Positions 19,892-30,611 are shown, numbered from the stretch's first letter. The stretch is DNA of 31,776 nucleotides from Trichomonas gallinae (GCA_008369845.1 MRSU01009652.1:62001-93776), one strand, 5' to 3'. Numbers and translations: made by a program. The notes: generated by a model not told the origin, from the letters alone.

Positions 19892-20872
19892 TTATTGAAT
19901 ATTTGTTAAAACAGAACTTTCGTGGAGTATCTTTTGGCTTGGGAACTTGGTTAATAAGGTTGGCAATGACTTTCTAAAGTTCTTAGAGCCTTGTGCCTTG
20001 CTTAATCTCGGAACTACAATTCCTGCCTTACTAAATCCTTGCAACGATGTGGATATAGTTGATCTTAGATAATTACAAACCTGTGATATCGTCCAGCGAT
20101 TCTCTGGATCACGAACGAAAGTTTTCTTAATAATAAATATAATTTCGGGACGTACATCCTTAGGGATGCTAATTTCGCCACTTTGAAGCAACAACTGTGC
20201 CTTTGTTGATGGCATCCCGTTAAACGATGGCATCCCTGTCGCCATCAAAACTAAAGTTGCGCCAAAGGACCAAACATCAGCAGCGAAAGGGTCATAAGGA
20301 TTCCTATTGCATATTTCTGGCGCCATAAACCATGGTGATCCCGCGAACTTCGTTGAAATTCCTTCGTTTATTGTTGCCATGCCGAAATCAGCAAGTCGGA
20401 TGTAATTATATTCATCGAAAAGCACATTATCAGGCTTTATGTCATGATGCGCCACGTAGTTAGCATGGCAAATCTCTATTGCATTCGCAAGTTGCAATAC
20501 CAATTGTCCTAGTTTCTGGGAGTTTATCCTCTCTGGTCTATTGAGGAGGTCCGTAACACTGCCATTTGGACAATACTCTAAAATAACGAACAGTAAATTA
20601 TCATGAACGAAATTATTATAAAATCTTATTACGTTTGAGTGCCAAATGAGTTTTAAAGCTTCTATTTCATTGTAATATTGTTCCTGTGCTGATTCTATTC
20701 TACCATTAGACATATTATCTGAAATTTCGATCAATTTGCAGACAAAGATTTGATCATATCTAGGATCTCTCACTTTAAAGCACCGAGCAAAACCTCCTTG
20801 TCCACAGCCATCGAGCAATTCATACCCATGCGTAGAAAGAATTGCCTGTATTTGTAACGCATCAGTCATCAT
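19892..20872 (-). CDS. CAMK-group Ser/Thr protein kinase (326 aa)
   Basis: GQGGFA glycine loop, VCK lysine, alphaC Glu (NEIEAL), HHDIKPDN, DFG, GSPWFMAPE, DVWSFG and a basic Ser-rich tail. Confidence 0.93.
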   Translation of the reverse strand: MMTDALQIQAILSTHGYELLDGCGQGGFARCFKVRDPRYDQIFVCKLIEISDNMSNGRIESAQEQYYNEIEALKLIWHSNVIRFYNNFVHDNLLFVILEYCPNGSVTDLLNRPERINSQKLGQLVLQLANAIEICHANYVAHHDIKPDNVLFDEYNYIRLADFGMATINEGISTKFAGSPWFMAPEICNRNPYDPFAADVWSFGATLVLMATGMPSFNGMPSTKAQLLLQSGEISIPKDVRPEIIFIIKKTFVRDPENRWTISQVCNYLRSTISTSLQGFSKAGIVVPRLSKAQGSKNFRKSLPTLLTKFPSQKILHESSVLTNIQ

Positions 20873-21943
20873 TTTTTTTTATTGTATTGACCTTCTCAAA
20901 TTGAAAAAGTCATTTTTATAGCAATATATAATATTATTCAATGCCAAATTTGATCAAATATAAATCGAATGTACATTCATTTTTTCTAAAGTTTACGAAA
21001 AAAAATTCATAGGATTTTTTGAGAAATGTTAAATTCAATCATTTTATTATTTCATTTTAGTTCATGTATAGCAATAAAATACGAATAAAATTCGGTTTAA
21101 TCTTTTCAGAACTGTTCAAATTAATCGTATGCAATATTATTTATTTTATATTAAACTTTAATTATTACGATTTTCTCATTTAACGTTTAAAAATAATTTA
21201 TTTGAGATAAATAGATATAATCGAGTATTATCATTATTATTTTCCATAAAAATCCTTTTCCAACCGTCAAAAATTTTCAATACTTCCCCCTGATTATATC
21301 TGGCCTGTGAAAAAACGTTGCTAAAATAAATGTGAATGAAACTAGATGATGGTTTTAATGTCATCTAGAAAAATGGAAATTTTCTATTGCTTATCAAATT
21401 TGTTTTCAACTTTTGTTTAAATTTTTTATCGGTTGATCCATTTTATATCTTTTTATTCATTTTTTATATTAACAATAAAATTTTTGCAATACGTTAAAAC
21501 TCAATTAAAATGAAAGTAACTACTTATGTTGTATCATAAATTAATAAAATTTTTGTTATATTCAATAAACTTATTGTTTTTCTCTGCATTTTATGAAACT
21601 CAAGCTATTATTCTAATTTACATATAATAATCTATTATTTTATCGGACTTTTAAAATTTCAGGTTAAATTCTTGTCACTTTTGAATATATCCTCAAATTG
21701 TCCAATTTGTCAAAAACTCAAAAATAATACAAATTAAGCTTATTGGCGCATAACCACTGGATTTCGTGTTTTTCATCAATTGATCTCGTTTTGATATTGT
21801 TCAATAACTATAATACATGTAAAGATCTAATATATGACACTATCTAATTATATATTTTTACATCTCCAAGCAAAACGCTTTGGAAATTAATAATAAAAAA
21901 AAAAATTAGATGATTATACAAAACAATAAACAGGTTATTTTAT

Positions 21944-23893
21944 TTAATAGAAGAAATTCATGTTTCCAGGTGTAGAACATGAAATAATCACTTTCTCATG
22001 TCCAGGAATATCATCACTAGTAATATAAGGAATAATTGAGCGTTGAGCAACTAGTTTTGATGCTTCTTTGGCTTCATTAGTTGCAGTTAACTTCGCCTTA
22101 AGATCATTAACTTGATTTGTGAGCGTTAAAACCGATTTTTTGAGATTTTCATTTTCTTGTATCGTTGCCTTTGACGAACTAGAAGAAGTGTCCTGAATGT
22201 GTTTAAGCACGGAGCACTCGTGTCTGAGAATCACAAGCTCCTCTGTTGTCTTTGAGAGTGCTTTTAGAGTCTCGGCGAGCTTTCCTTTGGTAGATCTCAA
22301 CGTAAATTCTTTATCAGCGAAAACATCAGGTTCAACCATGGAGTGAATTTTTGTTTCTAAGTCTTGGATGAAGATCATTTTGTCTTTCAGCTCCTCTTGC
22401 TGCCTATAGATCTGCGTGTCCTTAGCAGCAATCTCTGTTTCTTTCGTGATGTTTTCTTCATGGAGCTGAGAAATCTCGTCATTTAGTTTCTTGACTGTTT
22501 CGTGAAGACTCGAATTTTCATTCATGATTTCTTTGACTTTTTCTTGGAGATTAAACTTAGCTGTTGTGTTGCAGAGCCACCACCAGTTTCTTGTGTCCGA
22601 GACATATTCTTTGGGCTTGCCAACAATAGATTTCCACCTTTTAATGACAAGAGAAAAAAGAATTAAGTTTCTCAAACTATGTTTTGACCGGTTTTCGTCG
22701 ATTGCCATTGTTAATTCGTGCATTCTGTTGACAAGTTCTCTGTTGGATGATTCTATTACGTCAGTGTTCTTCTTTATATCTAATAAAACTTTAAATCTTC
22801 CTACAATGTCTGAATTTTGCGTGTTTGTTGTTTCAAGCTCGTTTTTTAGCTTTTCTGCTTTCTCCGTCTGCTCATTTAGCTTGATTTCGCTTTCAGAAAA
22901 CTTTGCATCTGAAATTTTGAGCGCTCTCATTGCATTTTGCAGTTTCTTCTTTAGTTTTCGGAGTTCTATAGGCAAAGCTTCTGATATTTCGACTCTTTCT
23001 TTAAGTTTCTCGACAAATTCTTGGAAATCATCATATTCTGGAAGTATTTCCATAATTTTTGTGAGTTTTGATTGCAGTTCTTCGCGTTCTTTGGCTGTTT
23101 GCTTGATCAGCAGCATCTTCTCGTCGAGAGTTTTCTCTAATTTCGAAAGTTTGTCGCTTTGTGTTTTATGCAGCTGATCAAATGAAAAACTTTCTTCTTT
23201 TTGCTGTTTGATTATAGCTCTGAGTGTTTTGCATCTCTCATCTGCATCCTTTTGTTCTGCTTCGGCCAATTCGCAACGATTGTGAAGTTCGAAATAATCA
23301 CTTTGCAATTTCTCGTAATCTGAAGTTCTCTTCTTCAGATTCTCGTGACATGTGGAGTACTCCATCTGATACATGCTTGCTTGATCCTTGTATTTGTTGA
23401 CTTCTCGCTCTAGAGTTGAAATAATTGTTTTATAATGATTTTCATGATCTTTCAGTGCTCTGTCCATAGCATCTTTCCTAGAGTTGTGGTCGTTTTGGTT
23501 TCTGTTTTCCAATTTGATGATTTCTTCGTGTAATTTATTATTTTCATCTTGAAGTTCATCAATTGTTGCGTTTAATTGATTGTTTGTTTTATGTAGCATC
23601 TCATTTTGATGTTCCAAATCGTTAATTGTGTCCTGCATGTCTTGTTGTTTTTGATTGTATTCACTTTCCATTTGTAGAAGTCTTTGTTTGAAAATTGATA
23701 TCTGGTTTTGTAGTGAGCCTACTTGTTGTTTTGTTTCCAAGTAATCAGCCATTCTTTCTTGCATTTCGTCGTAAATTTGAATTTTATCGAGAGAATTTTC
23801 GGAATCTGGATCCAAATTGATAGAGGTTGGTAAGATAAGCTGTGTTTTCCTTGTCCCAGTAAATGAAAGCGAAGCTTCTCCATTTTTCTCCAT
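21944..23893 (-). CDS. Long coiled-coil protein of unknown function (649 aa)
   Basis: Extensive E/K/Q/L heptad-like sequence, interrupted by one hydrophobic/aromatic block (SLRNLILFSLVIKRWK...RNWWWL). Confidence 0.8.
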   Translation of the reverse strand: MEKNGEASLSFTGTRKTQLILPTSINLDPDSENSLDKIQIYDEMQERMADYLETKQQVGSLQNQISIFKQRLLQMESEYNQKQQDMQDTINDLEHQNEMLHKTNNQLNATIDELQDENNKLHEEIIKLENRNQNDHNSRKDAMDRALKDHENHYKTIISTLEREVNKYKDQASMYQMEYSTCHENLKKRTSDYEKLQSDYFELHNRCELAEAEQKDADERCKTLRAIIKQQKEESFSFDQLHKTQSDKLSKLEKTLDEKMLLIKQTAKEREELQSKLTKIMEILPEYDDFQEFVEKLKERVEISEALPIELRKLKKKLQNAMRALKISDAKFSESEIKLNEQTEKAEKLKNELETTNTQNSDIVGRFKVLLDIKKNTDVIESSNRELVNRMHELTMAIDENRSKHSLRNLILFSLVIKRWKSIVGKPKEYVSDTRNWWWLCNTTAKFNLQEKVKEIMNENSSLHETVKKLNDEISQLHEENITKETEIAAKDTQIYRQQEELKDKMIFIQDLETKIHSMVEPDVFADKEFTLRSTKGKLAETLKALSKTTEELVILRHECSVLKHIQDTSSSSSKATIQENENLKKSVLTLTNQVNDLKAKLTATNEAKEASKLVAQRSIIPYITSDDIPGHEKVIISCSTPGNMNFFY

Positions 23894-24180
23894 TTTTTAG
23901 TTTTTTAAACGTACACTAAAATCCCTCATTAATTTTTCAAACCCCTTTAATTTTAGAATTTTCATCATTTTTTTCTTTTTCGAAAAATATCATGAAATAT
24001 TACAATTATAAAGCTTCTAACTTTGCATATCAATACTTTTTGGCCTAAATCATTGTTTTATAGCAATTAAACATAATATAACCTATTAATTATGACTAAT
24101 ATTTGATGCTTTTTGATGATGAAAAAAATTGTCAAAAATGATTAAAAAGTTATAAAATTCTAAAATAAAAAGCAAATTTT

Positions 24181-27100
24181 TTATTCATATTGATCCGCAA
24201 GTTTCATTTGCTTGACAATTGGTGAAATGAAGGACATCGCCCAGTGGAGGGAGCTTGATTCTAGTTCGTAGATAGCGCAGAATTTCGCCAGTCTCTCGTT
24301 GTTTGTTGAAGCGAAATCAAGACCTTTGACTCTCTCGATTCTCCTTCCGATGTCTGTCGCGAAGTGGAGCTTCTCTTGCTCTATTGTCGCCAGCAAAGCG
24401 CCAGCGATGAACATGACGCCCTCGCCGTAGAGTTCGAACGGCGACATAGTCGTGCTCATCCTGTTCTCGACGCAGTTCATGCAGAAGACGAACTCTAAAA
24501 CAGACCAAGCTCTGGCGAAACCAGTCAGTGTCTCGAACCTCAAATAGTTCGTCGACAACTCATCGAAGATTCCCGACTTGTCGCATGTATCATAGATCTG
24601 CCTGACTAGAGCAGATATGAACGGCGGGTGAACATCCTTTCCGGTGACTCTCTCGTCCATCCTCATGATGGCGTCCTTTGCAATAGATCCTGGAGGAAGG
24701 ATGTTGACGATGTCGTCTGAGTACTGCCTGCCGTCGAGAGATACTCCCCTCAAGAAGCCGACAATGTGCATCTTTGTCAGCCTCTTCAACGCGATGGAGA
24801 TGTCGAGCATAGACGCGATGGACATGATGTTGCCCAAGGCTTTCATGGCCTTGAACAATTTCTCGATCGATTGGTCTTCAGCAAAGAATCTATAAGCGCC
24901 CTCGAATCTGTCGTAGACTAATGTGCCTGGAGTATTCATCGGTTCATCCTTGAATCTCTGCAATTTCGGCGCCTGCTGCTTGTATAATTCAGAGAATCTT
25001 TCTAGTTTCTTTGCAAAGTCAGCGCCAATCTCTCTGAGGAGCAAGGAGATAGTTCCTGAGTCTAATAGCCTGATTATAACTGAGATGTGCTCGTTTGTGA
25101 CGACAGAGAATGTTGGAAGTAAGGCATCTCTTAAAATTTTGCCGAGCATACCTTTGCCGAACGGGCTGCTTCCTGGAACAGAAGGAATTTCCGGATAAAG
25201 TCTTGTTGGATTTGATCTCATGTAGCATTTGTAGGCTAAGTTGTGGCAGATGTCTTCCTTGAGGCCATCCATGAGTCTGGTGCTGAATGATGATGGCTGC
25301 GAGATGCCTAAAGCAGCGTTGAGCATCAATTCAAACGGCATCAAACTCAAACCTGCCTCACAGAGCATTCTCCTTGTGTCATTAAGGATGTCGAGTGTCT
25401 TATTGACAGCGATACCAGCAGCAATACCGTATTTGTCGATAAGATTAACAGCCGATTCAACAGAGTCGCACATGTATCCATCGACGACCTTGGTAATCAA
25501 TGACCTCAAGTCTAGATTTTGTCCGTGCAAGTAATATGAGTTTTGCTGGATCATAGTGATTAATCTGTATGATCTCGATGTTGGCCACTGATCAGCGCCG
25601 ACTGTCATCATCAGTTCGCGCTGCACCTTCATTGGGATGTGCTTCATTGTCGCGTAAGTCCTGAAAGCGTTGAATGTGAAATCTGAGATCAAAGTTGTTA
25701 ATGTGCTGAGACAGATTGAAGCCTCGCCCATAATTTCGTCCATGAGCATCTTGGATTTCATCTTGTTTCTGGCCCTGTTCGCTGCGTCATCGTAAATGGC
25801 AAGCGGATAAAAGATGAGTTCTGCATTTTCTGGAATAACTTTGCCTGTTTCCTTGTCATCGCCGTAGGATTTTCTCGCTGAAAGAGCGTACTCGCAGAGG
25901 ACGAATGGGAGGGATGATCTGATTGGGAATGCAGTAACATTATTAATATCGAGTTGAACTTCTCTGAAGAAAAGATCTGATTGATCGCCAATATCCATAA
26001 GGACTTCATCGAGCATCAAAATGGACTCGAAATTCTCTGATGCTGCAAGGAAATTCTGGACAGCAGAGATATCGTCGCTGGACAATGGCCTGTATTTCTC
26101 CTTTGCACCCTTAGTGAGATCTCCACCCTCATTAATCATGTGGGAAACCTGGATTCTGATGAATTCTATTGTTGCTGGCGGAGTTGGGGCGAGTTTATCC
26201 ATAATAATGTGTTCTTTGAACTGCTTGATGCTGCTTTGTGTGCCACCACGTTCTTCATCTCTAAGCCAGTCGCCTGTCATCTCTCTGAGTGGAGAAATAA
26301 TTTCATCGAGGACATCGTGGAATTTCTTGCCTCCGCGGATGAGTATTTTCTCGCACTCGTTCTTAATGAAGTTCTGGATCGTACGGTTGATATGTAAAGT
26401 GACTAATCTTGTGATCGTAGCAAAGTGATCACGAAGTAAGTCGTGAGCTGAGCGCCACAAAGCAATGATATGGAGAACTGTCTTGAGATCTTCATTGGTA
26501 AAGCCGATACGAAGGGATCTTTCGTATGGAGATTTGATATCTGGATTATCTGGTGGATAAAGAAGCTTTGTGATGAAGACTTCGCGAATAGCATTCTTTG
26601 TACGACCAATTAATTGGATGCAATTAAGGATTTCTTTATAAATTTGAGAAACATCAAGATCTCCTTGGTTAGCAAGCGTAATGTGAGCTGGGAAAGTAAT
26701 AAGGAAGTTATGCAATTCAGCCATCAAAATGCTGTAGTTGAGAATAACCTTTCTTGGCTTGAAATCAGAAAATGCTCCGGATTTGCGAACGAGATCGGCT
26801 GTTGTGGAAGCTATTTCGATTGTAAGTGGAATCACTGGGTGAACTGTCGCCTGTTCGAGAAGGAAATCGCGAACATTAGAATCTGCTCTTGGATCTGGCT
26901 TATACAAGCGGCAGATGAAGATAGAAGTGCGTAAGTATGCATAGAGGTCTTCTGGAACAACGTATTTACGGTTCTCGATGTAATCAATGAGAATCGGCAT
27001 AATCGTGTGAAATACCTTAGATCTTGTTGCTTCTGGGATCTTCATTACACCAGCGATGAGCTCGTTTTCGATTGAGTTCTCCGCTGAGATCCAATTCTTT

Positions 27101-27759
27101 AATTCGAAGTATTTCTGCTGATTTTGAGTTCCTAAACCAGAATTCGCATAACTCATCAGGTTCGAGAAGTCGTTAGAAAGAGAGGGCTTGACGAGGTGCA
27201 TTTCATCGAGAGTTGCAAGTCTGTAGAATAATACGCAAATAGAGTGAATAAGATTTGTACTCCATAATCCGCTTCCCCAGATGCCTTCATCGGAAAACAG
27301 CCTCGTGAGATGAGATACAACATCGGAAGCAAATGTCTTTGCATCATTAAGCAAGTCGTGGAGCTCGTTAAACAAAGGCGTTGAAGCATTTCTGACTGCT
27401 GCAGCTCTCGCTTCTCTTGCTGTCTTGGCTGCAGGTGTTTCATTCTCTGGGATGGACTCAGAGCGATCAACGAGAGGAAGCAATGCCTTTGTAACAGATC
27501 TGCGTGAGAAAAGTTTATAAATAAAAGTATCAGCCATTTTCGAGAACTCATCATATTGTTGAATGATCGTGATTTCCTTTGAAGCTGTCAAATGTGTTTT
27601 TGAAAAAACTTGGTGGTGGAAATACGACATATTCGTATAATGTATGAAAGTTGAAGCTGGAGACGAGATTTCGACGTCTTCGACGAGCGGGGGCTTCTCT
27701 ATATTGTTCCACTCATCAATTCCGGACTGTGTTGGGAAGACAATCGGTCTCACAGACAT
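24181..27759 (-). CDS. CYFIP: CYFIP/SRA1/PIR121 homolog (WAVE regulatory complex subunit), ~1192 aa
   Basis: DQSDLFFREVQLD, FPIRSSLPFVL and LIFYPLAIYDDAANRA...LMDEIMGEASICL parallel CYFIP DLSQLWFREFFLE, FPIEMSMPWIL and LDLYNDSA...LYDEIEAEVNLCF; C-terminal FARAWSVLEFVFC and ELYGEG; size fits. ATG 27759 (preceded by Inr-like TTCATCA) is preferred over 27801. Confidence 0.88.
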   Translation of the reverse strand: MSVRPIVFPTQSGIDEWNNIEKPPLVEDVEISSPASTFIHYTNMSYFHHQVFSKTHLTASKEITIIQQYDEFSKMADTFIYKLFSRRSVTKALLPLVDRSESIPENETPAAKTAREARAAAVRNASTPLFNELHDLLNDAKTFASDVVSHLTRLFSDEGIWGSGLWSTNLIHSICVLFYRLATLDEMHLVKPSLSNDFSNLMSYANSGLGTQNQQKYFELKNWISAENSIENELIAGVMKIPEATRSKVFHTIMPILIDYIENRKYVVPEDLYAYLRTSIFICRLYKPDPRADSNVRDFLLEQATVHPVIPLTIEIASTTADLVRKSGAFSDFKPRKVILNYSILMAELHNFLITFPAHITLANQGDLDVSQIYKEILNCIQLIGRTKNAIREVFITKLLYPPDNPDIKSPYERSLRIGFTNEDLKTVLHIIALWRSAHDLLRDHFATITRLVTLHINRTIQNFIKNECEKILIRGGKKFHDVLDEIISPLREMTGDWLRDEERGGTQSSIKQFKEHIIMDKLAPTPPATIEFIRIQVSHMINEGGDLTKGAKEKYRPLSSDDISAVQNFLAASENFESILMLDEVLMDIGDQSDLFFREVQLDINNVTAFPIRSSLPFVLCEYALSARKSYGDDKETGKVIPENAELIFYPLAIYDDAANRARNKMKSKMLMDEIMGEASICLSTLTTLISDFTFNAFRTYATMKHIPMKVQRELMMTVGADQWPTSRSYRLITMIQQNSYYLHGQNLDLRSLITKVVDGYMCDSVESAVNLIDKYGIAAGIAVNKTLDILNDTRRMLCEAGLSLMPFELMLNAALGISQPSSFSTRLMDGLKEDICHNLAYKCYMRSNPTRLYPEIPSVPGSSPFGKGMLGKILRDALLPTFSVVTNEHISVIIRLLDSGTISLLLREIGADFAKKLERFSELYKQQAPKLQRFKDEPMNTPGTLVYDRFEGAYRFFAEDQSIEKLFKAMKALGNIMSIASMLDISIALKRLTKMHIVGFLRGVSLDGRQYSDDIVNILPPGSIAKDAIMRMDERVTGKDVHPPFISALVRQIYDTCDKSGIFDELSTNYLRFETLTGFARAWSVLEFVFCMNCVENRMSTTMSPFELYGEGVMFIAGALLATIEQEKLHFATDIGRRIERVKGLDFASTNNERLAKFCAIYELESSSLHWAMSFISPIVKQMKLADQYE

Positions 27760-28436
27760 TGATGAATAATTTTTTTTAGATATTGACACTTCACCTTTCA
27801 TTTTGGAAATAAAAAGGGTTGATTTTGCTATAAATGGGGCCTAAATACTATTACAGGTGTGAATTTAGCATTTCCAGGAGAAATTTCGCAAATGAGGACA
27901 AATGAAAAATTTTGGAAAATATTATGGGCGTGACAGCAGTCGATTTGATGATATATGGGGTGTTGTGATTATTGCAAATTTTTTCTACTAAAAATTTATT
28001 TTTGAATGTAAAATAATCGTGGTATACGGGCGTGGAAGAAATTCAATTTTTGAAAAATAATCGATAAGGATAGAAATATAGCTGAGTGCATCTTTGAATA
28101 TATAATAATCGATTATTTTCTGATCAAACATGACAATAAGGATAAAAAAAAATGAATATGCTAAAACGGTTGTTGATTTGATCATGTTTCTTAACCTTAT
28201 TTGATCAATTAATTGTATCTATCAAATTTTAACATTTGTAAAATGTACGGGCGTAAAGGTGCACGTGTTGAATATATTTATCCAATATATGATTTTTTTT
28301 TTTGAATTTTTCGATTTTGAATTTAAAATAATCGTTTTCTCTTTAATTAATGTGTCAAAAATGGATTTACATGTCAAATATTGGGGTTTATTATTGAAAA
28401 ATAAAGAGAGGTTATGAGGGTGAATATTCTTTAATT

Positions 28437-30611
28437 TTAAATCACAAGAGAGTCATCGATCTCATTTGGCTTTGGAAGATCCTCAGCGTGTTCGACGTCA
28501 TCGCCTGAGTCGATCTTGCTTCCAGAACTCAAGTTTTCGACATCATCCAAGTCTTCACCTGGCTCAGCGCCATGTGAAAGCATGTCAGCGCCAATCTTGC
28601 CACTGTTCAGCTTGCCCTTCTCGTCATCGACCTTCTGGTAATCCCTTGCCTTGTCGAGCTGCTGAAGGAAGAGGATCTGCTGCATTCTTTCGTTTGTCTT
28701 GTTCTCGTGTCTGGCTCCTGGTCCATCGATTGGGTTTGTTGGGGCCATGGAGACTGATCTCATCTGGCGCTCCTTGCCCGTTGGCTGCGGTTGCAATGGC
28801 TTTCTGCTTTCTTGTGTGCCTCCACTCTGTGCGACTGTAGCGGATCTCTTCTTAGCCTTAACCTTGGCGACAATAGCGCGGAATCTTCTCATATCTTCCT
28901 CCTGCTGCTTCCTCTTGATCCAGCGCCAGATGAAGAAGAAAGCAACAATTGCGACGATCACAATGATGAGTAAAAGGATGACACCACCGATGATAAGTGC
29001 TTTTTTAGAAGCTTTTTCTTCCTCTTCGGAAACTCCCTTTCCTTTTTCTGGGTAGAATGGACTGGCTGTGAAGTTTGCTTTAAACAAATTCATTGTGCGG
29101 CAGAATCTTGCTGGATCTGGACAGTATATGATGATTGTTTTATCTTCTTTTTTGCCATTAATAAATACAGGTTTCTTTATGGTTATATTCTGTTTATAAG
29201 ATTGGCATGTGAAGCTAGCTTGATCATCAAGCTTCAAAGTAAAATCAGAAACTCCATTGCATTTGTAGTCAACGCATCTATAAAGTCCATCATCGAAATA
29301 TTGATCTATTCCTGGAATAACAGCTTGATTGTCATTGCAAACTATTGGACTAACCAAAGAGTATCTTTGAACTATTGGCTGATATTTTAATTGTTCAAAT
29401 CTTCCAAACCTATTTTCATGATTTGGATTGTAATAATCCTGCGGATAATCACTAATATTCGTCATGGATTTGTTAACAGAATAGAAGGTGCTTGCAAACT
29501 TGTAATCGAAACCAACGTAGTATTTTTGCAGTGGAAAATCTTGAGGAGATGAAGTAGATGCATTGTGAGAACCTGTAAGAGATGGCATAGATGCATTGAG
29601 AAAATCTTCAAAAGTTGGAGCATCTGATAAATTAATAAAATAATTTTCAGGGATAGTACTACTATTTAATGGTGGATCAGTTGCCCATTCACTGTGGGGT
29701 ATATCATCAATAGCTTTCTTGTTTAACCAAAGTAATGGTTTGCCCAAGGAATAATCAACAGTATACCATCCAGAATCTTCTAAGAAGGTCAGTGAAGCAT
29801 CTGTAATACGGAAATAGGCCGTTTCTGTATAATAAGTTGCAACTGTCATTAAGTCTGTGTAATAAATCAACGATTCGGGATGAGATGGCGAGTAATGTGG
29901 TGAACTTTCAAGTTCAATACCAGATGGGCATTCCTTGGTACCATTTGAAAATGTTTCCGTACCAAATTTATTAATAGCAACTTGGTGTGCGCCAGGTGTT
30001 GTCAAGAAAGTAAACTTTTTTCCATATTTCTCAAACTCGCAAGTCATTTTTTCAACATCATATTTTTTGCCAGATGTTTTATTAATATAATTAGGGAATA
30101 ATGCTTTTGAAACGCCTAATATGTGTAAAACTGAATGCAGGAGCAAACCTTTGCTATATTCATCAGTATTGAGTGTAGTAATATTTAGATAGCCTTCTAT
30201 TGGACGTCCTGTTTCTTCATCTACTTGAAGAATTACTGGTGTGATTGGGGAGACATCATTAGAATTTTGTACGGTTGTTGAAATTGTTTCAGCAGTGATG
30301 TAGAGACCAACACCCTTATCAGCTTTTCCTGCAATACTAGTTCCGTTAGTTAACTTACCTTTAAGTTCAAAATTTCCTGGTTGCTTTGAAACACTGAGTA
30401 AACTACCAATATATTGGCTTACGTTATCAAACATATATTTGTAATCTTGGGTAAAGCCCACCAAATTAAAAGTAACATTGAGACGTTTTGGTGTATCATC
30501 GGTAGCTTCTCTTGTTTTTGGGAATTTATACTTGTATATTGGTTGATTCTTTTGTGCAATATCATGCATGCAGACATGGCTTAAGCCTGATGTAAGAAAG
30601 ATCGAGAGCAT
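28437..30611 (-). CDS. GP63/leishmanolysin-like (peptidase M8) type-I membrane protein with a degenerate catalytic motif (~724 aa)
   Basis: Short leader then HVCMHD pro-peptide cysteine switch; GRPIEG; LLHSVLHILG in place of HExxH; LTTPGAH...FG; GIELE...SHPES; DLMT Met-turn; LEDSGWY; CPDPARFC; TM LIIGGVILLLIIVIVAIVAFFFIW; cytoplasmic tail of ~160 aa. First ATG at 30611 (the ORF track starts at a TTG). Confidence 0.88.
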   Translation of the reverse strand: MLSIFLTSGLSHVCMHDIAQKNQPIYKYKFPKTREATDDTPKRLNVTFNLVGFTQDYKYMFDNVSQYIGSLLSVSKQPGNFELKGKLTNGTSIAGKADKGVGLYITAETISTTVQNSNDVSPITPVILQVDEETGRPIEGYLNITTLNTDEYSKGLLLHSVLHILGVSKALFPNYINKTSGKKYDVEKMTCEFEKYGKKFTFLTTPGAHQVAINKFGTETFSNGTKECPSGIELESSPHYSPSHPESLIYYTDLMTVATYYTETAYFRITDASLTFLEDSGWYTVDYSLGKPLLWLNKKAIDDIPHSEWATDPPLNSSTIPENYFINLSDAPTFEDFLNASMPSLTGSHNASTSSPQDFPLQKYYVGFDYKFASTFYSVNKSMTNISDYPQDYYNPNHENRFGRFEQLKYQPIVQRYSLVSPIVCNDNQAVIPGIDQYFDDGLYRCVDYKCNGVSDFTLKLDDQASFTCQSYKQNITIKKPVFINGKKEDKTIIIYCPDPARFCRTMNLFKANFTASPFYPEKGKGVSEEEEKASKKALIIGGVILLLIIVIVAIVAFFFIWRWIKRKQQEEDMRRFRAIVAKVKAKKRSATVAQSGGTQESRKPLQPQPTGKERQMRSVSMAPTNPIDGPGARHENKTNERMQQILFLQQLDKARDYQKVDDEKGKLNSGKIGADMLSHGAEPGEDLDDVENLSSGSKIDSGDDVEHAEDLPKPNEIDDSLVI

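Noticed and set aside
21342..21368. Small hairpin CTAGATGAT...GTCATCTAG
   Set aside because: A single 9-bp stem in AT-rich DNA is plausible by chance, and bacterial-type terminators are not relevant here.
497..29390. Many short overlapping or antisense ORFs in the track (e.g. 2446-3060, 14510-15061, 22524-23177, 26021-26428, 28466-28840)
   Set aside because: They lie inside well-supported genes, mostly begin at non-ATG codons and show no recognisable motifs; they are expected shadows of biased codon usage.
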